From Macrostomum lignano (Eukaryota), in assembly GCA_002269645.1 (NCBI GenBank), contig NIVC01000064.1, positions 1 through 64,000 of the forward strand: a DNA stretch of 64,000 nt, given 5' to 3'. The number at the start of each line of letters is the position of its first letter. Positions within the stretch are counted from its first letter, which is position 1. Below are positions 23,910 to 36,059 of the stretch, in pieces. Both the position numbers and the translations under genes were made by a program. Under the pieces are notes generated by a model. The model was given only the letters and a program-made list of their open reading frames with translations, searched no databases and was not told the origin of the DNA.

Positions 23910-26900
23910 ATTTGTGTCGGCCCTTGATCGTCACGGCCAAGTGCACGTATTCGATGCCGCCTCCTGTGAGCGACTGCACACCTGCGACACCGGCTCGCCT
24001 GAACCAGCCACGGCTGTGGCTGTGCGACCTCCGCATCTGCTGATTGGCATTGAGGCCAAAGTGGAGCTGCGTACACTGCAAGACGACCTGCCAGATGGGC
24101 CGCTGACTCGGTTAGTGACTGACCCACTGGCTGGAATCTTCTGATATCTTCGAATGTGTTTATATAATATCGGTATATGCAGTTTCCACACACAAGTTTG
24201 TACATTAAATATCGATTAACTAAGTAGAATTTTTCGATTTAAGTTTATTCGATCTCAGGTAACAGTGCCAAAGTAGACGAGTAAACCTCCAAGCCAGCTT
24301 CAGATTGCCCCTCTGGGCCAGCTTCAGATTGTCCCTTCAGGCCAGCTTGAGATTTCCCTTCAGACCAGCTTCAGATTATCCCTTCAGGCCAGCTTCAGAT
24401 TATCCCTTCAGGCCAGCTTCAGATTATCCCTTCAGGCCAGCTTCAGATTATCCCTTCAGGCCAGCTTCAGATTATCCCTTCAGGCCAGCTTCAGATTGTC
24501 CCTTCAAGCCAGCTTCAGATTGTCCCTTCAGGCCAGCTTCAGATTATCCCTTCAGGCCAGCTTCAGATTGTCCCTTCAAGCCAGCTTCAGATTGTCCCTT
24601 CAGGCCAGCTTCAGATTATCCCTTCAGGCCAGCTTCAGATCATCCCTTCAGGCCAGCTTCAGATTGCCCTTCAGGCCAGCTTCAGATTGTCCCTTCAGGC
24701 CAGCTTCAGCTTGCTCCAACTCCCGTCTTCAGCTTCACGGCCAATGTTACGTGCATCTCGGCAGCGCAGTCTGGCCGTCTAGTTGGCATCGGTTCGGCCG
24801 ATTTCACCGCCAAAGTTATAGAACTAGACGATGGCGACTGCTACGTTGGCGAGGTGGCCCTCAAGGGTCATTCGGGGCCGCTGCTGTCAGTGGCTTTGGA
24901 TCCCGAAGGCGAGTTTTTTGCCACCTCAGCTTGCGACGGTACGGCCAGAATTTGGCAAGCTGCCAGTGGCAAACAGATCAAATCTTGGCCAGTTGCCAAG
25001 GCCTGTTCAGATCCCGCATTGGCCGCTAGTCCTTGTCCGCTGGTGTGGGAGCCCATGGCTGGCAGGCTGTTGGCTATGCCATTTGATTGCGAGCTGCGAC
25101 TGCTAGCCAGGTTTGACTTCTTTTGTTTGTTTATTGCTTTCTTTCAATAGGCTCGGTTCCAAGTGCAGTCACACTAATCTGGAATCTCGGCTTGGCTCTG
25201 CTCGTGCAATTAACGGCCTTGAGATCCAACCCCAAGGCATAGTGAAGTGTACATGCCTAACGATAAATAAAGTTAGGGCCGCTGTACACTCCTGTGTGTG
25301 TGCCTGTGCGTGTGACTGCGAACGTATCCGCGCGCTTGTGTGCCTGCTTAGGGGAGTCGGCGGAATGGGCGGCAATGCCTGTCGCCGGTTGTGTGACAAT
25401 GTGGCTTAAGGTGCGCCAGGGTGCACCTACTTCCACCTCAGATTCTGTTCAAAGTTTATCTTGTAATTAATTCCTTTTTAAATTATCCAAAATTAACATT
25501 AATTTTAAGACATGCCTAGTTGTTTGCCTAGAACCCTTCTGAAGTTTTTTCCTTTTTTCAACCATATCTTTCAGAGGAAATTCCTGGCCAGTTTCAGCAA
25601 CCTGCTCTAGCGACCAGCTTCGCGGCCCCATCCTCTGCTGCGTGTGGAGCCAGCAGGCCGACTTTATTGCCGCTGGAAGTCGAGATGGTGATTCCAAATT
25701 AATAATATATTTATCTGTTTCTGGAATTCCCCAGAATTCACTGGGTTTCCCCCGAAATCCATAGGGATTCCCCAGAATCTATTGGGATTCCCCAGAATCT
25801 ATTGGGATTCCCAGAATCTATTGGGATTCCCCAGAATCTATTGGGATTCCCAGAATCCATTGGGATTCCCCCAGAATCCATTGGATTCCCCAGAATCCAT
25901 TGGGGATTCCCCAGAATCTATTGGGATTCCCCAGAATCCACTGGGATACCTCCGAATCCACTGGAATTTTTCAGAATCCATTGGGATTCCCCAGAATCCA
26001 TTGGGATTCCCCAGAATCTATTTGGATTCCCCAGAATCCATTGGAATTCCCAGAATCCACTGGGATTCCTCAGAATCCACCCAAACAATTTTTTTCGCGC
26101 GGATTATTTCCCTTTAATTTGCAGTAGATTCTACCCTATCCAATTTAGTTCCATGAAGATGATTTCCATATTAATTGAAGCTATCAAACTCAATCCCAGG
26201 CGCCATCAGTGCCTGGTCAATCGCCTGGTCCGATGCGCCGCTACGCGAGGCCTCCCTACGCCAGGCGGCTCCCTACTTTGCTTTGCGCAGTCCCGGCCTG
26301 TGTCCGGTCAATCAGCTGTGCTGGTGGTGGCGCAGTCCGCAGGCTGGCGCGGCGGTGCAACCGGCTTTGGTCTATCTGGACGCTAAGGGAGACATTCGAA
26401 CTACGGAAGTGAGGAAGAACTGCTCCAGTAGGCCTCTGCAACAGCAGCAACAGCAGCAGCAACAACACCAGAAGCAGCTGACAGATGCGGAACTGCTGGC
26501 TGAAGCTGAGCTAGCCGACATTGATCCGCGCGACTTGGTGGACGAATTCGAAAGCGAAATGATGTCGTCTTCAGCGTCTCCAACAATTGCAGATAAAAAG
26601 CAGCAGAAGGGTGTTGCTTCTGTTGCTGCTACTACAAAAGAAGAAGACAATAGCGACAGCAACGCAGACAATTATGCGGACGATAACTCTTCTCTCAACC
26701 AAGACGAAGAGAAAGAGAATCGTAAAAGCGACGGCAAGAAAAAGAAGAAATCGAAGAAGCAGAAGAAAAAGAAGAAGACGGCCACTATAGGCAGCGATAG
26801 CAGCGGCAGTGAAAGCAGCAGCAGCAGTAGCGGAAGCGAATCCGAAGAGGAGAAAAATCGCCGCAAAGCAGCAGCCGGTTCGCCTCATCGAGCCCGCGCC

Positions 26901-29900
26901 AGCCAGCAGCGCCAACGACCTCTGCAGCCCGGCAGCACCAGCGGCTGTCCTCGCTATCTAGTGTGGAATCGCCTCGGCTGCGTCCTCGAGGCCGCCTCCG
27001 CTATGCCGGACCAGCCGCGGATTCTGTCCGTTGAATTTCACGACTCCGCTCTGCATCACGGCTTGCTCATTCCCAATGCTCACGGCTTCACTTTGGCCGC
27101 GCTCAGTCTGCGACTGCTGGCTTTGGCTGCTCCGTCGACGGCCGAGGCGCTCAGCTTCGTCCGCGTCCGACCGTTAAGCGGCAACGACGGCGGCGAGTAC
27201 GGAGGCGGCGCCGAGTGGACTCAGGCTTTGCCGCGCGGCGAAGATGCTGTTTGCTTGGCTGCTAGCGATAACAGATTGTTTGCCGGCTCCGACAGGTTTG
27301 TGTGTACTTTTGTATTGTTGATTTAAAGTGCATTTGTAATTTTTAAAATGGATTAAGTCCTTTAAAGTGCATTTTTACTTTTTAAAAGTGCATTGAATCT
27401 TCAAAGTGCATTCGTACTTTTTAAAAGTGCATTGAATACTTCAAAGTGCATTCGTACTTTTTAAAAGTGCATTGAATGCTTCAAAGTGCATTCGTACTTT
27501 TTAAAAGTGCATTGAATGCTTCAAAGTGCATTCGTACTTTTTAAAAGTGCATTGAATACTTCAAAGTGCATTCGTACTTTTTAAAAGTGCATTGAATGCT
27601 TCAAAGTGCATTCGTACTTTTTAAAAGTGCATTGAATGCTTCAAAGTGCATTCGTACTTTTTAAATGTGCATTTAATGCTTCAAAGTGCATTCGTACTTT
27701 TTAAAAGTGCATTGAATGCTTCAAAGTGCATTCGTACTTTTTAAAAGTGCATTGAATGCTTCAAAGTGCATTCGTACTTTTTAAAAGTGCATTTAATGCT
27801 TCAAAGTGCATTCGTACTTTTTAAAAGTGCATTGAATACTTCAAAGTGCATTCGTACTTTTTAAAAGTGCATTGAATGCTTCAAAGTGCATTCGTACTTT
27901 TTAAAAGTGCATTGAATACTTCAAAGTGCATTCGTACTTTTTAAAAGTGCATTGAATGCTTCAAAGTGCATTCGTACTTTTTAAAAGTGCATTTAATGCT
28001 TCAAAGTGCATTCGTACTTTTTAAAAGTGCATTTAATGCTTCAAAGTGCATTCGTACTTTTTAAAAGTGCATTGAATGCTTCAAAGTGCATTCGTACTTT
28101 TTAAAAGTGCATTGAATGCTTCAAAGTGCATTCGTACTTTTTAAAAGTGCATTTAATGCTTCAAAGTGCATTCGTACTTTTTAAAAGTGCATTGAATGCT
28201 TCAAAGTGCATTCGTACTTTTTAAAAGTGCATTGAATGCTTCAAAGTGCATTCGTACTTTTTAAAAGTGCATTTAATGCTTCAAAGTGCATTCGTACTTT
28301 TTAAAAGTGCATTGAATGCTTCAAAGTGCGTTCGTACTTTTTAAAAGTGCATTGAAAGCTTCAAAGTGCATTTGTACTTTTTAGAAGTGCATTAGGTCTT
28401 TAAATTGTATTAAATCCTTTAGAGGGCATTTGTACTTTTTAAAGTGCGTTTATTTAAAAGTGAGTTTGTACTTTTTAATGTGCGTTATTTCCTCTAAATG
28501 TACATTTTCACATTTTTGAAGTGCCCTGGTGCTTTTTAAAGGTGCTAGCGTACTTTTATCGAGTTTTAATTGTACTTTTCGGTGTGCGCATGCGCGGGCT
28601 TCGGATTCTGTGGCGTATGTACTATTTAAAAACTGATTTGTACCATCTTTGTCGAAAATGTCGAGTGTACTATTGCATAAGTCATGTATGTATGCTTATA
28701 ATACTTTTTTTTTTGCTTCCCATTTGCTACCTGTACTCATGTACACCATCCAGGCGCACGGTTCGAATTTGGTCCCATCGCGGGCTTCAACTAGCGGTGC
28801 TGTCAGCCCCCGGTCCCCTGATCTCGCTGTCAGCTTGGCCGCGTGGCTTCGCCGTCATCTACAATATCGGCGGAGGCTTCGTTGGGGCTGACGGAGACGA
28901 AGATGAAGATTGTCCAGTGGCTGCTGACCTGTTCGAGATGGCCGAATATCCGACACCTGGGGACTGGCCGGTGCCGAGGTAAATGCTTCGAGAGAGCGCC
29001 CAAGGGGGAGGGTTTCGTGCGATTCACAGCCGGCCAGATGTCAGATGTACTCGCTTGTACAGTCAGAGCTGCCAGAGTTTCATTAATTTATCCTTATTTT
29101 TGTTATGCGTCTTTACTTTTTATCATTTGTTATCCCTACTCACACCCATCTTCTTTTCGCCCCTAAGATAAAAATATTCTCAATTCTCAGCTCTCAGTTC
29201 TCTGGAGAAGGGCAGGCAAGGTCGACCGACTTGTGGAAGGCTGGGTCTAAGCGGCTCACAACACTTGAGGATCGGGCAACCAATCGGAATTGGATAGGCA
29301 AAGGGTACTTTGTGCCTGTGAAGTGTTGAGAGTTTTCATGGGCGGTTTAGGCTTACGTTGGTAGTTTTTGCCACCAGTCCCTTTGGGTCTCAGTCTTTGG
29401 TGAGGTGAGGATCACGTCGGAATGAAATAGCTCGTAAACAAGACGAATAGTCAGCAGATCCTGCCAGGCTCAGTGGGGCGACTGGGAGGACGGTGTTAGC
29501 CTCAGAGCAGACTCAGTCGTCTGGGTTTAGAATGAGAACTGATTCAAGACAATGGTAGGTAGATTTGTAGTTTCAGACACTCGTTGGGAACAGAGAATCT
29601 CAGGACAGAGGGAGAGAGAGAGAGCTGTGACGGAAACACGGCTGAGGGGGTCCGCACTTATAGCCTGGAGGAATCCCATTGCGTCGGAGCACGCAAGATA
29701 TCGCGTTGACGTGGTATCTATTTTTAGCAACTGACGTCAGTTCCTGCTTTAGAGAAGGCACGGACCAAATGTACAGTAAAGGTGTCTGGCTGTAGTGGCT
29801 TACTACATTTGCTACAACTATAATGATTATTACTGCTGTCTGTGCAACATCATTATTCCGAAAAATACCAACTTCAGACTAATGCGGTCCGAGGTTCGAA

Positions 29901-30583
29901 TCCCGCTCACGGCTCGCAGCCGTGTAGCCTGGCTTGGCCACTGCCAGCAGTCCGGTTCGCTCTGCGTCCAAGACAGTCACGGCGTTGTCCGAGCAATCCT
30001 GCCCGGTACGGGACTGGGCGCTTGGTGTCCGGTGTTAAACGGTCGCTCGGTACTTCCGGAACGAACTGACTGGCTGTGGCCGGTCGGCGTCAGCCTGTGT
30101 CCGCCTGCGGATTTCCGTCTAGCCGGCGTTCACTGCAAGAATTCGGCCGAGCCGTCCGCGCTGGCTGCTCGGCCGCCTATCCGCTACTATCCTCTGGCGC
30201 CGTTGCTGTGTCCGACTCCACTGTCCGAGCTGGAATCTCCTCTGTTCATGTCGGCCAGTTTCGGCCAGCTGTCCGGCCTTGGCGAGCAGCAGCTGCGCCT
30301 GTTCGCACAGGCGCTGAAATCTGGGGAAGAGTCCAGAGCTGTTGACGCGGCCGCTTGGATGTCGGAGCGGGTGCTCCGTCTGGCTATTCAATACGCTGTC
30401 AAGGCCAAGCGAGTGAAGCTGGTCGACCGACTGACTGCTATGGGCGAGGCGCTAATCGCTGGTAGAACTGCCGGCCCCGAGTCTGCAGCAGCCGCCGCCT
30501 CGCCCGCTGCTCCGGTAATCCAGCCGACACCTGTGAAACGGCGAAAACGCGAATCCTGCGAGCCGTCGTCTGTTGGCAAGTAG
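23910..30583 (+). CDS. WDHD1: WDHD1/And-1/Ctf4 (WD40 + SepB regions), 5' exon not found; exons 23910-24110, 24733-25110, 25575-25687, 26200-27295, 28754-28978, 29878-30583
   Basis: PDGPLTR|FTANVT matches And-1 PDGILTRFT. Also LKGHSGPLLSVALDPEGEFFATSACDG, LQPGST..RYLVWNRLG..VEFHDSALH, VAWLGH..DSHGVVR, W.PV, LFAQALKSGEESRAVD. Exon chain is frame-consistent (1+2718 nt). Confidence 0.92.
24293..24710. repeat. 24-bp minisatellite gccagcttcagattatcccttcag, ~17 copies (WDHD1 intron)
   Basis: Directly visible; produces the spurious RPASDYPF ORF. Confidence 0.93.
25150..25428 (+). mobile_element. Copy 1 of a SINE-like dispersed element (head- and tail-truncated)
   Basis: Aligns to the reverse complements of 52000-52295 and 37180-37365 (e.g. 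cgataaataaagttagggccgctgtacactcctgtg...ccggttgtgtgacaatgt...gggtgcac). Confidence 0.8.
25725..26075. repeat. ~20-21-bp minisatellite ttgggattccccagaatcta (WDHD1 intron)
   Basis: Directly visible. Confidence 0.9.
27325..28500. repeat. 40-bp dimeric satellite tcaaagtgcattcgtactttttaaaagtgcattgaatgct, ~27 copies (WDHD1 intron)
   Basis: Directly visible; built from two related 20-bp halves. Confidence 0.95.
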
Positions 30584-31314
30584 TTTAACAGGACTAATTT
30601 ATTTAATTATCTTTACTTTAACCTATTTTTTCTAATTTAGTTAGGTTGGTTTATTTTGCTGTACAACAAAAAATCATTCATATTCGTTACTTTCTACTCA
30701 TAAGCATTTTGCTCAGTAGTGCAGTCCGCACATTTTGTTTTAATTGCATTTTTTGCTTTTTTTCTCTGCATACAGTATAAAAATTGGTTGGCTTTGTAAC
30801 TGTGTAAAACAAAATCAATTTTATAACGATTGCAATTATAAAGGACTTTTTCTCAACTATACGATAATTAATGCATTTTTTATTCCTCTGAAATCGAAGC
30901 TGTTAAGCTTATCTGCTATTGTGCCAGTTCGGCAAATACAAGCGGATAATTAAAAAATTAATTGAACTGCTTTGTCAGTTGCTTAATTTAGTCTTTATTA
31001 AATAGCAATAAAATTGTGACTATTAGTGCGTTTGTACTTATTAACTATTAGCATAGATGTATGCAGTGGCTTCTTATAGCCCAGGCCTATAATTATATGT
31101 TGACGTATCTCTACCCAGCCCTACATCCGTGATGTGCGCCCCCCCCCCACCGCATCCCCATGCAAAATATCCGCGATAAAGTGAAGATAAGAAGTGGCTG
31201 CTTTTTTCAGCTCCACATACAGGATGCTACTGCAGGATCTCTACTATTTTTATATCTACCATCCTAATTAATTTTGTTTCTAAAGTTTATGCTTGCTTGG
31301 AGTTGTGAAGCTCG

Positions 31315-32035
31315 GTTAAGGATTGTGACGCTTTGGGGATTGTGACGCTTTGGGGATTGTGAAGCTTTCGGGATTGTGACGCTTTGGGGGAGTGTGAAGC
31401 TTTGGGGATTGTGAAGCTTTTAAGATTGTGAATGTTTGGAAATTGTGAAGCCTTGGGTGTTGTGAAACCTTGGGGATTGTGAAGCTTTGGGGGAGTGTGA
31501 AGCTTTGGGGATTGTGAAGCTTTTAAGATTGTGAATGTTTGGAAATTGTGAAGCCTTGGGTGTTGTGAAACCTTGGGGATTGTGAAGCTTTGAGGATTGT
31601 GAAGCTTTGAGGATTGTGAAGCTTTGGAGGGTTGTGAAGCTTTGAGGATTGTGAAGCTTTGGAGGGTTGTGAAGCTTTGAGGATTGTGAAGCTTTTAAGA
31701 TTGTGAATGTTTGGGAATTGTGAAGCCTTGAGGATTGTGAAGCTTTGAGGATTGTGAAGCTTTGGGGATTGTGAAGCCTTGGGAATTGTGAAGCCTTGGG
31801 TGTTGTGAAACCTTGGGGGTTGTGAAGCCTTGGGAATTGTGAAGCCTTGTGTGTTGTGAAACCTTGGGGGTTGTGAAGCCTTGGGAATTGTGAAGCCTTG
31901 TGTGTTGTGAAACCTTGGGGGTTGTGAAGCCTTGGGAATTGTGAAGCCTTGGGTGTTGTGAAACCTTGGGGTTGTGAAGCCTTGGGAATTGTGAAGCCTT
32001 GGGTGTTGTGAAACCTTGGGGATTGTGAAGCTTTT
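31315..32035. repeat. ~19-20-bp minisatellite ttgtgaagctttggggat
   Basis: Directly visible. Confidence 0.9.
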
Positions 32036-32821
32036 ATCGTAAAGCGTGTCTGATTAATTTATTTAAAATTAACTGATAAAATTGTGTCAAATGTCACAGT
32101 TATTCTTCTGCAGCTAAAGTAAATGTCCTTGTTGTTTCGCGGACAGTGAACGTTTTTTTCATATTTTCCAAGTCGCTATCCTTGATTCCTTGTGGTAATT
32201 TTTTTCTTTTTAGCTAATAAGTACAGGGCTAGTGGTGTACAGATGTTTGTGTATTGTTAAGGTTTTATGGTGTACGTGGAGGCTAAGGGCTGGAACTGGA
32301 GAATCTTTTTAAGTTTCAATTGCTCTTTATATTAGTCTTGTTGCAATGGCTTTAAAGACCTCTTAAAATACGAGTGGAGCCTAATGTAGTTTCCAATCCA
32401 TGTTTTCTTAAGGGTCCCCGGCGCTACCTTTTCAACTGCTGTCGACAATTGGCAACAAGCCGTGGCGCGTTTGCCTCTTCTATTTTCTTCTTTTGGGCTT
32501 ACTTTTGCATTATGAGAATGAATATTATAGGGAAATAGCTTGTTTTTGCTGAGGCAAAATAGCAGTAAATTATAAAATCTTGCAAAGATCCGGTACAAAT
32601 AGGTTACGAAATCTAGGTGCCACTGTTATTGCCTATTTCTTTTTTCCTTTTCTCCAGGGCTCTAGTCTCTGCCCGCCCTCCTAGATACTATGTTAACCTT
32701 CTTAACCTGCCCGTGTAAACCTTTATTGCTTACTCTTATCTCCGCGTCTGTTTCCTGTTTATTTCATTCAGGGTCTTAGGTACTGTCCCCTGTATTCTCT
32801 GTCTCCCTCTCCGTCTCTCCC

Positions 32822-33240
32822 GTAGCCTCCCCTCAGCCTCCTCCCTCCCCTCAGCCTCCCCTCAGCCTCCTCTCTCCCCTCAGCCTCCCCTCAGCCTCCC
32901 CTCAGTCTCCTCCTTCCCTCAGCCTCCCCTCAGCCTCCCCTCAGCCTCCTTCCTCCCCTCAGCCTCCTTCCTCCCCTCAGCCTCCTTCCTCCCCTCAGCC
33001 TCCTTCCTCCCCTCAGCCTCCTCTCTCCCTCAGCCTCCCCTCAGCCTCCCCTCAGTCTCCTCCTTCCCTCAGCCTCCCCTCAGCCTCCCCTCAGCCTCCT
33101 TCCTCCCCTCAGCCTCCTTCCTCCCCTCAGCCTCCTTCCTCCCCTCAGCCTCCTTCCTCCCCTCAGCCTCCTTCCTCCCCTCCGCCTCTTTCCTCCCCTC
33201 AGCCTCCCCTCAGCCTCCTCTCTCCCCTTGGCCTCCTCCC
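32822..33240. repeat. C-rich repeat (cctcccctcagcct)n
   Basis: Directly visible. Confidence 0.9.
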
Positions 33241-34193
33241 TTAGCTAGGGATCTCACCTAGTAAAGCTTTCATGTCCCACCTGTGTATACAATGAAACAG
33301 TAAAGAACGGATGCAAGTGCACCAATGTTTTGGCTAGCAAGTAATAATTATTACACAAAGTCTTTAAAAACCAAGCCAAAGAGAATAGCAGTGAAATGAA
33401 AATCGATAATTTTTTATCATGTCCTGTAAGCTACAGCTGTCTGCGGATATACTGATACTGTATTTAGAAACTCTAGTATGTATGTACATGTACGGTTATT
33501 TCTTTCACTTTAAATTAAAAACAGGACAAGCAGCCAAGGCCAGATAGAAAGGCCCTATGCAGACAGACAAGCCACTACACTACGGTTCTTTTCTGCGAAT
33601 GCAAGTCGAACTCCGAGATTTTGTGCACTCGCGGCGGCGGGTGACATGCGGATATTATTTTAAGAAAAATAAATGCCTCACTCGCTCTGCACCCGCCCCA
33701 GACTACACTCTCCGGCTCCACCCCGTGTGTGTGTATACTTAGTTAAAACTCGTTAACCAAAATTCTCTCTCTCCCTATCCTTCCACACCGAGCTTGGTTT
33801 TGACGCGGACATGAAATTCTCTCTCTCTCTCTCTCTCTCCCTCCTATCTCAGCCGCCTGTGTGTGTGCTTCTTGCAGCAAAAACGAAGCCTTTAGTATTA
33901 TAATACCTTCCTACTTATTAGGCTAGAGTCTCTCTCCTTAGCGCTCGCTCCGCCTTATGCAAACCAGAAACTTGCGAATGTACATACACAGCCACTCGCT
34001 AGAGGTTGGCATCTAATCTTATACCCTTGCTATTTTCTGCCTGCGGCCAACCCCGCCCGCAGCCCAATTGCCATCCGCAATGTAATATAGTATATAATCT
34101 CAGTAGAGAAGGCAGAAACGCAACAGTAAAAGAAAAACTGACTTGAGAACTTGCAGCAACAGTAGAATTCCGTGCTCACAGTTATAAACCACC

Positions 34194-35529
34194 ATGCTAA
34201 GCAACAACAAGCGCTCAACGTCGCTGCTCCAACGAGCTCTGTCCGCCGCTATTGCTGCTTCGGTAAAACGGCGCCGACCAAAACGCCTGTGCTTTCTAAT
34301 AGCCTGTCACTCAGACTCAGCCAAGATATTGAACGAATTAGTTAGCGAGCTCAGGCTCAGTCTACCTGGTTGCCGGCTAGTCTGTGCAACTATTGACGAA
34401 GTGGCGAAAGGGCTGGGCAAGACTGCAAGGCACTACGATGCGGTGTTTGTTGTGCAGGATAAGCCGGACTGGCCTTTGCCTGAGCAATTGCGGCAAGTTC
34501 TGCTCAGGGAGAACTGGCGCTATCATCTGCTGGCTGCCGAGGAGAATGGCTGCGAGCTGAGTAGTGAAACCGAGGACCTGGTGCACTGGCAATTCAAAGA
34601 TTGGAGACAGCTGCAGATTCAATTGGGCGATCTGATGTACGAGAGGGCCAGAGGTGAGTGCTGACTGCGCATATAATCCCGTTCAATCAGTTAGATGCAG
34701 GAGTTAGAAAGTGGTATAGATGAGTTGGGGAAGTGGATAGATGAGTTGGGAAGTGTATTGATGAGTGGGAAAGTGGATAGATGAGTGGGGAAGTGGATAG
34801 ATGAGTGGGGAAGTGGATAGATGAGTGGGGAAGTGGATAGATGAGTGGGGAAGTGGATAGATGAGTGGGGGAAGTGGATAGATGAATGGGGAAGTGGATA
34901 GATGAGGGGGAAGTAGATAGATTAGTTGGGGAAATGGATAGATGTGTGTTGAAGTAGGTAGATTGTGAAAGTGGATAGATGAGTTGGGGAAGTGGAAAGA
35001 TGAGTGGGGAAGTGGATACACGAGTTGTGGAAGTGGATAGATGAATGGGGAAGTGGATAGATGAGGGGGAAGTGGATAGATGAGTGGAGAAGTGGATAGA
35101 TGAGGGGGAAGTGGATAGATAAGCAGGGAAGTAGATAGATGAGTTGGGGAAATGGATAGATGTGTGTTGAAGTAGGTAGATTGTGAAAGTGGATAGATGA
35201 GTTGGGAAGTGGAAAGATGAGTGGGGAAGTGGATACACGAGTTGTGGAAGTGGATAGATGAGTGGGAAAGTGGATAGATGAGTGGGAAAGTGGATAGATG
35301 AGTGAGAAAGTGGATAGATGAGTGTGGAAGTGAATAGATGAGTGGAGAAGTGGATAGATTAGTGGGAAAGTGTATGGATGAGTGAGAAAGTGGATATATT
35401 AGTGGGGAAGTGGATAGATCGCACTACCGCATATACTCGTACATAAATATGATTTATTTTATAAAATCGCCCACAGATGTGCAACAGATTCCTTTTGGCG
35501 GCTCCTTTGATCTCCGAGCTCGCAGCTGA
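34194..35529 (+). CDS. Hypothetical ~170-aa protein with TIR-like alpha/beta pattern; exons 34194-34653, 35477-35529 (further upstream exons possible)
   Basis: Non-repetitive GC-rich ORF ending at an AG|GTGAGT donor. A downstream cacag| acceptor closes the frame at TGA (513 nt). The fold guess rests on hydrophobic periodicity only. Confidence 0.6.
34690..35420. repeat. 20-bp purine-rich minisatellite agtggatagatgagtgggga (intronic)
   Basis: Directly visible. Confidence 0.9.
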
Positions 35530-36059
35530 CGCTAAATCACGTGACCCACAGCGGCAGTGGAGCAGAATTATTGTATAATATTTTCAATAATAGTTTGACA
35601 TTGCTGTGCTAATAGACTCGTATTTCAATGATGTATAAATTGTGAGTAGCTTATTGAAGCATTTTTTCAATAAATATTTCAAACAATTGAAACTTTTCCG
35701 CATAGGAATGTTGACACTTTATGTACTATTAACCTGGAGCTATTTGTTATAAATCAAAGCGTGAATTATGTTCAATAAAGCATTGGTCAGTTTGACCTTT
35801 CAAAGGCACACTATTCCTAACTTTTGCGAAACAGCTTTTTATCTTTATTTCTTTATTAAGCATTAAAGCCTAAGTGCAATTTCTTTATTCCATTTTTATC
35901 TGCTGGGTTTCTCAAACAGATAAGAAACCGACAGCTCTTGCTAGCTGCTTTGACCAGCAATTAGGCAATGACTCATTGGCAACAGTTTGTTATTTATGAT
36001 ATGTTCGTTTATCACGTGTGGGCCGGTTCAATCATCAGCTTCAAGGGAAATTGAACAGT

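Noticed and set aside
31065-31232. Possible second hAT MITE (cagtggcttc...gatgctactg)
   Set aside because: TIR match only 8/10 and no TSD.
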